Positions 17,528 through 23,451 of a stretch of 32,465 bases of DNA are shown here, piece by piece. A program made the translations under genes and the position numbers. Numbering within the stretch: position 1 is the stretch's first letter; each line of letters starts with the position of its first letter. The stretch comes from a virus. The notes beneath the pieces are model-generated. The model saw only the letters and a program-made list of their open reading frames with translations. It ran no database searches and was not told the DNA's origin. The stretch is from IMG/VR virus record IMGVR_UViG_3300000969_000004, positions 1-32,465 of that record, one strand, 5' to 3'.

Positions 17528-17650
17528 TTAGCCGTTTTGTTTTTGAGTGTCCATCATTTTCAACTGCTGCTGCTTTGCAACGCAAAAAAACTGGATCCAA
17601 ACGATTGTCATTGTAGCCGCCACTAAACCTAAAACCTGTAAAACCACCAT
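17528..17650 (-). CDS. unannotated 40-aa hydrophobic peptide
   Basis: Hand translation: MVVLQVLGLVAATMTIVWIQFFCVAKQQQLKMMDTQKQNG*. SD AAGGAG lies 9 nt upstream of the ATG, and the terminator at 17372-17413 follows. Below the ORF-track length cut-off. Confidence 0.5.
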   Translation of the reverse strand: MVVLQVLGLVAATMTIVWIQFFCVAKQQQLKMMDTQKQNG

Positions 17651-17852
17651 ATATACTGTCTCCTTTATTCACGCACACTGTTGATTGCAGTGCGTCCAGT
17701 ATATCAAACTTGCGTAAAATGTCCAGGAAATGTCATTGTTTTGGTCAGCTCTGAGACACTAATAATGTCCGCAATCAACTATAAATACTAAATACTAATA
17801 AACACTAAGTTTTTTAAATATATATTTTTTTTAATAAAAAGAGAGGAGAATT

Positions 17853-19946
17853 ATGGAATTAGACACTAAAACAGGGGTCTACGGTGAATGGGCTCCAGAA
17901 TACTTTGATGCTGGCTATTCAGTTTTACCAGTACACCCTAGATCAAAGCGCTGTACACTTAAGAAATGGACTGAGAAGTTTAGCTATACTATGCCAACGT
18001 TAGACGAACAGGAGTCTTATCAAGAGCTTTATTCATCATATGGCATAGGTTTAGCCTGTGGTAAGGCTTCCGGGGTTATCGCCATTGACTTTGATCTTGA
18101 GGGACCAGAGAGCAAGATTATAGAAAAGCTCATCATTTCTGTTTTGCCGACATCAAAATGCATCAAAGTTGGTAAAAAAGGGTGGACTCGTTTTTATAAA
18201 TACAACGAATCCATAGTAAATAAAGGAATTAACCGCCTTGGAGTTAGAGCCGTTGACATTCTTACGACGGGAAAACTAACGGTCATGCCACCATCAACAC
18301 ACCCAAATGAACCAAAAGGATACAGGTGGATTACTCCTGATAAACTCACAGACCTTGATAGCACCGATCTAAACGACATCAGTTTAACTGATATAGATAA
18401 CATAGTAGATATCTGTGAGTATGATCAGAGTTTTATTAATAGTACTGATCTTACGACTAAAAAATCCAGACACGATGCTATTGTTGGGTTTATTTTAAAA
18501 AAATCTGATGTTTTAGAAAGTAAAAAACAACTAATAAAAGAAACTATGGAGTTTGATGATGAATATAATGGAGATGATCCAAAAGGACCCTATTTCAAGG
18601 ACGAAAAATACCTTGGCGGTTCGACCCCAATCAAAAGAGCAGCAGATCTCGTTGATCGTGTATGCAAGTGGAAAAAAACCAAGCGAGCGCGCGCCGGAAT
18701 TAACTGGACTATTGGAAAATACTCTAGGGATAAAGTTGGAGAGCATGACCCATCGTCTGACTACAAAAAGTTTAAAGACTTTTTTGAGTCTGTGTTACCT
18801 GACGCGGTCAAATGTACAATTAACAAGACGGCTTTCAAGCCTTGCAAATATAGTAGCAACTGGATCCCAGTTGAAAACAGTATCAAGACGCTGGAATCCC
18901 TTGCGACTGACTACAGCCTTAAAGCACACTTTACAAGTCGACATCTCTCACGATGGATTGACGGGCTTGAACCTAAGCTTAGAATTAGGGTACCTGAACT
19001 CAAGGATGAATTCAGCAATGATCCAATTGGAGAAATGGTCAATCGACTCCTCGTTACCAACGTGGCTCACAAGTACGCCACCGAGCTTTTCAAAGAGTGG
19101 GGAGCCAATGTTTTCAGACGACTCTATTCAACAGGTGAAACATTAGAACAAAACAAGATGATCATACTTAAAGGTGGTCAAGGGATCGGAAAAGACTCCT
19201 TTATTCATCACTTCTGCAAAGGCTTTGGCGTTTATTACTCAAATATTCCAGTTAGCGAGCGGGCAAAAGACAATTATGAACGAGTATCTGATCTCTTGAT
19301 TGCTAATATCCCGGAGTTTGATGAAACAAGAAAAATGTCGATCGCTGTTTTGAAGGATCTAATAACATCACACGGCGCAAGATTTAGGGCAGCATACGCA
19401 GCAAAAGCTCAGTATGTGCCCTTTTACACATCATATATATCAAGCTGCAACTTTGATAACATATTAAGAGACTCATCTGGTAACAGACGTTTTATAGTCC
19501 TTAATGTGGACGCAATCTCTTGGGATTATGCTTCCATAGACCCAATGCAGATCGTTGCCCAGTGCCATCATCTATATAAGAAAGGCTTTCGGGCGTCAAA
19601 AGAAGCAACTGACGCAATGGATAGTTTTGTGCGCAGCGAAACACCAAAGAGCACAGATGAGATGATCGTTGAGATGGCCACAAAGATTCTAACCGACATG
19701 GATAGAATGAAATCTGGTGGATACGGTGCCTTAGCATCAGACCCTGAATGGTACACGTTTGCTGAGATAATGATGGAGATGATCCCCACTATGAAGCGCG
19801 CAATCGGGGTTGGGCAAAACACCATCCTTGGAGCCATGAAGCGTGGGGGGCTAGCCAAGGTGGTTAGAAATCAGACGGGGAAACGCGATGACATTACAAC
19901 ATTGTATGGAATCGGCTTATTAAATAAGCAAAAAACCGTTAATTGA
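17853..19946 (+). CDS. bifunctional primase-polymerase (Prim-Pol N-terminal domain) fused to a VirE/D5-type P-loop helicase domain
   Basis: Prim-Pol motifs: GYSVLPVHPRSKRCTLKKW, GVIAIDFD, TVMPPSTHPNEPKGYRW. C-terminal Walker A ILKGGQGIGKDSF and RRFIVLNV, as in VirE/P4-type primase-helicases. SD AGAGGAGAA. Confidence 0.85.
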   Translation: MELDTKTGVYGEWAPEYFDAGYSVLPVHPRSKRCTLKKWTEKFSYTMPTLDEQESYQELYSSYGIGLACGKASGVIAIDFDLEGPESKIIEKLIISVLPTSKCIKVGKKGWTRFYKYNESIVNKGINRLGVRAVDILTTGKLTVMPPSTHPNEPKGYRWITPDKLTDLDSTDLNDISLTDIDNIVDICEYDQSFINSTDLTTKKSRHDAIVGFILKKSDVLESKKQLIKETMEFDDEYNGDDPKGPYFKDEKYLGGSTPIKRAADLVDRVCKWKKTKRARAGINWTIGKYSRDKVGEHDPSSDYKKFKDFFESVLPDAVKCTINKTAFKPCKYSSNWIPVENSIKTLESLATDYSLKAHFTSRHLSRWIDGLEPKLRIRVPELKDEFSNDPIGEMVNRLLVTNVAHKYATELFKEWGANVFRRLYSTGETLEQNKMIILKGGQGIGKDSFIHHFCKGFGVYYSNIPVSERAKDNYERVSDLLIANIPEFDETRKMSIAVLKDLITSHGARFRAAYAAKAQYVPFYTSYISSCNFDNILRDSSGNRRFIVLNVDAISWDYASIDPMQIVAQCHHLYKKGFRASKEATDAMDSFVRSETPKSTDEMIVEMATKILTDMDRMKSGGYGALASDPEWYTFAEIMMEMIPTMKRAIGVGQNTILGAMKRGGLAKVVRNQTGKRDDITTLYGIGLLNKQKTVN

Positions 19947-19959
19947 TTTATATCAATGT

Positions 19960-19983
19960 GCTGTTTTTATATGCAAAAACAGC
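19960..19983. other. hairpin GCTGTTTTT-atatgc-AAAAACAGC just after the primase stop
   Basis: Perfect 9-bp inverted repeat with a 6-nt loop, 14 nt downstream of TGA 19944-19946. Confidence 0.6.
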
Positions 19984-19985
19984 CG

Positions 19986-20038
19986 TCAGATCGAAAAAAA
20001 ATTGAAACACAAAATGTTTCGTTTTTTTTTCGATCTGA
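19986..20038. other. long A/T-tract hairpin (bidirectional terminator or ori-type structure)
   Basis: TCAGATCGAAAAAAAAttGAAACA-caaaa-TGTTTCgTTTTTTTTTCGATCTGA: arms of about 24 nt with a small internal mismatch. Confidence 0.6.
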
Positions 20039-20170
20039 TATCTAAGTAAATGGCATTAGCGATGCGTTATTTGCATAATAATTAGACATTTATATAGATT
20101 TTGTTTATTTTAACGCATAATGTCTGTAATATTTTTCGATATGATCTCCATTGTGTTGGCTTTAATAATC

Positions 20171-20193
20171 TAGGGACCGATGTTCGGTCCCTA
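20171..20193. repeat. 23-bp perfect palindrome TAGGGACCGA-tgt-TCGGTCCCTA
   Basis: 10-bp arms read directly. The right half-site ATGTTCGGTCCCTAA (20180-20194) recurs at 20457-20471. Confidence 0.85.
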
Positions 20194-20256
20194 AGTATGT
20201 GATATAAAAATAAGCACATCGTTTGTAAATTATTAATATTACAACTACTTTTTACT

Positions 20257-20277
20257 GAAGGGATAGAAGGGATAGAA
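20257..20277 (+). repeat. tandem 9-mer GAAGGGATA x2 (+GAA), iteron-like
   Basis: gaagggata gaagggata gaa, read directly within an AT-rich non-coding stretch. Confidence 0.8.
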
Positions 20278-20305
20278 CATTAAGTAAAAACAAACTAATA
20301 TTAAG

Positions 20306-20330
20306 TTGGTTATATTGGTATAGTGGTATT
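20306..20330 (+). repeat. three tandem TTGGT(T)AT-type repeats
   Basis: gTTGGTTATa TTGGTATa gTGGTATt, read directly. Confidence 0.6.
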
Positions 20331-20456
20331 AGTAAATATGTATATATATAGGGAGGTCGAAAAAAAAGTGGTTTTTTCCATGTTGTTCGCTCCCTGTGAG
20401 ACTAAACTATTGATATCATAGGCTTTTTTGAAGGGAGTGAACTTTATTTTTGCAAA

Positions 20457-20471
20457 ATGTTCGGTCCCTAA
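20457..20471. repeat. second copy of the 15-mer ATGTTCGGTCCCTAA
   Basis: Identical to 20180-20194, 277 bp downstream of the first copy. Here it occurs as a lone half-site. Confidence 0.85.
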
Positions 20472-20601
20472 ATAAATATCGAGATTAAAGTGGGGTTATT
20501 AGCAAATCCCGATGATCGCAAGCTGAATGCTTTGTGCTTTTAGAGCCTTCAAAATGCCCCGTATCAAATCTTTTAATTAAGGGGCCTTGTGGGGTGACAC
20601 T

Positions 20602-20610
20602 TGATATAAT
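20602..20610 (+). promoter_or_regulatory. candidate extended -10 promoter TGaTATAAT
   Basis: TG-n-TATAAT read directly, embedded in the palindrome CTTGATATAATCAAG. No good -35. Confidence 0.35.
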
Positions 20611-20631
20611 CAAGCAGCGAGGCCCGCTCTA

Positions 20632-20793
20632 ATGTGCCTCAAAAGAGTCTGGCTTTGTTGTTTGCTAGTTATTATTGCCTCAATCTTGGTTCTACCTAAT
20701 CTGATTGATGCCAGATGGGCCTCGCACCTTATTACACAGATGCCTGAAAAATATGCACACTATTGTGGAAAACCTTGTGGAAAACTTGAATAA
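20632..20793 (+). CDS. possible 53-aa signal/TM peptide ORF (weak)
   Basis: MCLKRVWLCCLLVIIASILVLPNLIDARWASHLITQMPEKYAHYCGKPCGKLE*. No SD, and its 3' end coincides with the tandem repeats and the -35 of the next promoter, so it may be non-coding. Confidence 0.2.
   Translation: MCLKRVWLCCLLVIIASILVLPNLIDARWASHLITQMPEKYAHYCGKPCGKLE
20763..20785 (+). repeat. tandem 11-mer TTGTGGAAAAC x2 (12-bp register), operator or activator-site candidate
   Basis: ttgtggaaaac c ttgtggaaaac, read directly. Ends 1 nt before the -35 hexamer. A partial copy TTGTGG lies at 20587-20592. Confidence 0.8.
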
Positions 20794-20814
20794 ATCAAAC
20801 TATTAATATATAAT
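20786..20814 (+). promoter_or_regulatory. near-consensus sigma70 promoter of the rightward (XRE/early) operon
   Basis: TTGAAT (20786-20791), exactly 17 nt, then TATAAT (20809-20814). It lies about 30 nt upstream of the XRE gene start. Confidence 0.65.
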
Positions 20815-20844
20815 GTTTTTTAGTTTACTTTTGAGGTGAAAATA

Positions 20845-21102
20845 ATGATTAATAATGAAATGGGCGAGTTTTTAAAAGAATCGCGGCTTGAAAGGGGTTT
20901 TAAGCAAAACGAGCTTGCTAGAAGACTGGGACTTGATCCTCAAGTTATTTCAAATGTGGAAAACGGGCGAGCGCTGCTACCAAAAAAGAAGTTCTCAGAG
21001 GTAGCAAAATTGCTTAGGATCGACTTTTATGAGCTTCTGGACATTCACCTAGAGGACACAAGAAGAAAGATATGCAGGCTAAACAAGCGACGATACATTT
21101 AG
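20845..21102 (+). CDS. XRE/Cro-C1-type helix-turn-helix transcriptional regulator
   Basis: LKESRLERGFKQNELARRLGLDPQVISNVENGRALLP is a classic HTH_3 pattern. I prefer ATG 20845 (SD GAGG, 8-nt spacer) over the track's GTG 20836. Confidence 0.8.
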   Translation: MINNEMGEFLKESRLERGFKQNELARRLGLDPQVISNVENGRALLPKKKFSEVAKLLRIDFYELLDIHLEDTRRKICRLNKRRYI

Positions 21103-21284
21103 AACAAGAACTATCAACGATCACGTTGTTATCTTGGAATATGTTTATCATTGTTTTTATGGTCTGGATTTACTTCACACATAGGGAGGTCATGATTAAG
21201 TATGATGTCCTTATGAACAGATTGGAATATATTGAGGCTGGTTTTCAACCAGCGTGTGAACCTAGTGTCACCGGTTATGATTAG
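21072..21284 (+). CDS. small membrane protein
   Basis: 70 aa with one TM (ITLLSWNMFIIVFMVWIYF). Overlaps the XRE 3' end by 31 nt. Confidence 0.4.
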   Translation: MQAKQATIHLEQELSTITLLSWNMFIIVFMVWIYFTHREVMIKYDVLMNRLEYIEAGFQPACEPSVTGYD

Positions 21285-21531
21285 CAAACTTACAAAGCTT
21301 GGAGTGATGATTATGGCTCCAGAATTATTATTAGCATGCTTGATAGGGTGTGCGCCGTCGAATGAAACTTGGGGAGATGTTCAGGGTCTTGAATTAGAGG
21401 GATGTACAGGGGTCAACTCAACTTTTGGCCCCATAATTATATGCAAAGACCTAGACGGTTTTTATTGTGAGGGAGACAATGAAATACGATTATACAAAAA
21501 CGCCACCGATAAGCCCAAAACACTTAAGTAG
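21277..21531 (+). CDS. putative lipoprotein (Cys-rich mature part)
   Basis: MISKLTKLGVMIMAPELLLACLIG|C gives lipobox LIGC. Alternative starts at 21307 and 21313 (SD GGAG at 21301). The track's 21232 start looks too far upstream. Confidence 0.45.
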   Translation: MISKLTKLGVMIMAPELLLACLIGCAPSNETWGDVQGLELEGCTGVNSTFGPIIICKDLDGFYCEGDNEIRLYKNATDKPKTLK

Positions 21532-21700
21532 ATTGCTAGATGATTGTCAGGAAATGAGAAGAAAATCGGAGTTTTGGCAAGAACAATGGAAAATATTAGC
21601 AGACGCAGTCGATGATCATCTTAAAAAGATAAGTCATATGGATATACAGTCGGCTAAAAATGTTGAATTTAAGATGAAAAAAATCAGGGAGGATTTTTGA
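21479..21700 (+). CDS. hypothetical small helical protein
   Basis: SD GAGGGAG 6 nt upstream of ATG 21479 (MKYDYTKTPP...), in frame with the track ORF 21467-21700. Confidence 0.5.
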   Translation: MKYDYTKTPPISPKHLSRLLDDCQEMRRKSEFWQEQWKILADAVDDHLKKISHMDIQSAKNVEFKMKKIREDF

Positions 21701-21990
21701 GTAATAAAAGGGATGCAGAGTTTGAGATGTGCATAGGAGTTATAGTGCTCCTAATTTTTGTGTTTTTCTTTTTAACTAGCTGCTCGGTAACAAAAGAAGT
21801 TCAAGGTTTACAAAAACTAAAAGCTGAATGTGATGCTTTTGAGCTTGAACTCGCCGGTTTAAAGGCTAAAAAGTGGACAGACTTAATCGATAAACGTGCA
21901 GACAAGTGCCGTGAGCACGGATTTTGGACTGGCAAGCTTGATAAGCAAAGACGTAAAACAGAGCGAGAAGAGTTAATGGATGAGTTTTAA
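21697..21990 (+). CDS. putative lipoprotein with coiled-coil mature domain
   Basis: MSNKRDAEFEMCIGVIVLLIFVFFFLTS|C gives lipobox LTSC. TTG start 4 nt after SD AGGGAGG, overlapping the upstream stop. Confidence 0.5.
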   Translation: MSNKRDAEFEMCIGVIVLLIFVFFFLTSCSVTKEVQGLQKLKAECDAFELELAGLKAKKWTDLIDKRADKCREHGFWTGKLDKQRRKTEREELMDEF

Positions 21991-22005
21991 TAGTTCTGGC
22001 AAGCC

Positions 22006-22185
22006 GTGAAGAGCATGATTTTGTTTTCTATTGTTTTCCCAATAGCTTTTTCTATTCATCTTACTGGTTGTGTGTCAAAAAAGATGCTTAGTTGTGCGAA
22101 TAAATGCGAAAAAGAGAGTCTTGTTATGGGGAGTGGCCCAGATGATTGTTACTCTGCTTGCAGGATAACTGAGGGGGTATGGTGA
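22006..22185 (+). CDS. unannotated small lipoprotein (56-59 aa)
   Basis: Hand translation: (VKS)MILFSIVFPIAFSIHLTG|CVSKKMLSCANKCEKESLVMGSGPDDCYSACRITEGVW*. Lipobox LTGC. Fills the otherwise empty 188-nt gap. The stop overlaps the next start (ATGGTGA). SD is weak. Confidence 0.45.
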   Translation: MKSMILFSIVFPIAFSIHLTGCVSKKMLSCANKCEKESLVMGSGPDDCYSACRITEGVW

Positions 22186-22394
22186 AAATGAAGATCAAAG
22201 GTATGGTCAGAAGTAAAAATTGGGCCCGGCAAGTTGACATGGAAATCAATCAGGATGCACCATATACATTGATCATTGATGAACGTGGAGTTAGGGTGGT
22301 TTCAGGGAATGAACAAAATCAAGCAACTGATATTTCATTTGAGGGAGACTTACCTAAAATCCCAAAACCCCCAATGTTCAGCCCAGGTAAGTAG
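22179..22394 (+). CDS. hypothetical small protein
   Basis: 71-aa ORF preceded by GAGGGGG. Overlaps ORF 22276-22560 by 119 nt. Confidence 0.4.
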   Translation: MVKMKIKGMVRSKNWARQVDMEINQDAPYTLIIDERGVRVVSGNEQNQATDISFEGDLPKIPKPPMFSPGK

Positions 22395-22560
22395 AGATTT
22401 CGATTCGGCAGTAACCGCGCTAGAAAAGCTTATACAAAGATTTGAATCGGATCATCATTGCAGGTGTGATCTCTATAGCATATCGGTTGGTAAGAGCTAT
22501 TGTACCTATTGCAATATGTCCGAGGTTCTAGAAATAGCAGCTGAAAGGCGTGAACTTTGA
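22276..22560 (+). CDS. hypothetical small Cys/His protein (start uncertain)
   Basis: C-terminal HHCRCDLYSISVGKSYCTYCN looks metal-binding. The 5' third overlaps the previous ORF, so the true start may be internal (e.g. ATG 22309). Confidence 0.35.
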   Translation: MMNVELGWFQGMNKIKQLIFHLRETYLKSQNPQCSAQVSRDFDSAVTALEKLIQRFESDHHCRCDLYSISVGKSYCTYCNMSEVLEIAAERREL

Positions 22561-22754
22561 TCGGACTTCCTTATTCATGCCCATGGTGCAAGTCTCAAAG
22601 GAAAATTACTCAAAGTGTGAAATCGCAAAAGAAAACCATAACTCTATACAGGTGTGGCAGGGCACTGATCCTAAAAGAGGATGGATTCAACACTAAAACA
22701 GAGTGGAGAGTAAACTCATGCAAGGGCGAGCTAGAATTCAACAAACCGAGATAA
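22557..22754 (+). CDS. small zinc-ribbon-like protein
   Basis: 65 aa. SCPWCKS...YRCGRA...SCKGE. TTG start overlaps the upstream TGA, with AAGG 8 nt upstream. Confidence 0.4.
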   Translation: MIGLPYSCPWCKSQRKITQSVKSQKKTITLYRCGRALILKEDGFNTKTEWRVNSCKGELEFNKPR

Positions 22755-22918
22755 CCAGTTACCAAGTCATGCAGGAAAGGTTAATAGAAACCAGGGATCT
22801 CTTATCGATAGCAACTGCAATCATCTTTTCCAAAAAAGAGTTGCCAGAAAAATCTAAAAAGTTATTTTATGATAAGCTGATTGAGCACGGATTACTCGAC
22901 AATATACCAGATAGTTGA
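22718..22918 (+). CDS. hypothetical small protein
   Basis: ATG 22718 sits 7 nt after GGAGAG, in frame with track ORF 22703-22918. Confidence 0.45.
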   Translation: MQGRARIQQTEITSYQVMQERLIETRDLLSIATAIIFSKKELPEKSKKLFYDKLIEHGLLDNIPDS

Positions 22919-22974
22919 TTAATATCCCGAGCTAGCCGATAGGCTAATTATTAATTAAATAGGGGGGAATTGTC

Positions 22975-23400
22975 ATGAAAACAGGACGGCCAACAAAATA
23001 CAAAGAAGAATACTGCCAACAGATTGTTGATTTCATGAGTGATGGTGCATCCATCGTAGCGTTTGCTGCAGAGATTGGTGTAAACGATTCAACTATATAC
23101 GAATGGGCCTCAGTTCACCCTGAGTTTTCCAGGGCTAAAAAATTAGCAATGAGTAAAAGCCAAGCCTGGTGGGAGTTTCAGGGCAGGCGGGGTATGTTTA
23201 CAGGTAACGATACAAAGTTTAGTGCATCGACTTGGATCTTTAATATGAAGGCAAGGTTCGGTTATAGAGATGTTCAACATGTCGAGACTGACATAAAAGT
23301 TGAAAAAGCATTCAATATTTCTAAAATGACTAAAGAAGAATACATGGAATTTATTTCCAAACAATTTGAAAAGGAGAGCAAGCAAGATGGAGAAGATTGA
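22975..23400 (+). CDS. terS: terminase small subunit
   Basis: MKTGRPTKYKEEYCQQIVDFMSDGASIVAFAAEIGVNDSTIYEWASVHPEFSRAKKLA...WWE is the characteristic N-terminal HTH pattern of one TerS family. SD GGGGGGAA. Lies upstream of terL. Confidence 0.75.
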   Translation: MKTGRPTKYKEEYCQQIVDFMSDGASIVAFAAEIGVNDSTIYEWASVHPEFSRAKKLAMSKSQAWWEFQGRRGMFTGNDTKFSASTWIFNMKARFGYRDVQHVETDIKVEKAFNISKMTKEEYMEFISKQFEKESKQDGED

Positions 23401-23451
23401 TATTCAGTTATTTAAATCTTTCAAGGTTGTAGCGACTCAAAGTGGTTCACA

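Noticed and set aside
20171-20193. tRNA or tRNA-fragment (attP-like), because of the GTTCGGTCC T-loop-like string.
   Set aside because: The stem is 10 bp with a 3-nt loop, with no 7-nt T-loop, no acceptor or anticodon arms and no cloverleaf nearby. No integrase is present in the genome either.
20171-20471. The repeated 15-mer ATGTTCGGTCCCTAA as a CRISPR-like array.
   Set aside because: Only two copies, 277 bp apart, one of them part of a palindrome. There is no regular repeat-spacer periodicity.
20617-20725. The 9-bp GC-rich inverted repeats GCGAGGCCC/GGGCCTCGC as boundaries of an invertible promoter switch.
   Set aside because: The enclosed segment is only 91 bp with no outward promoter that I can see, and no invertase or recombinase gene exists in the genome. 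I kept it only as a possible RNA stem.
20836-20844. GTG 20836 as the XRE start.
   Set aside because: That GTG is itself part of the GAGGTG Shine-Dalgarno sequence. The in-frame ATG 20845 is at the proper distance.
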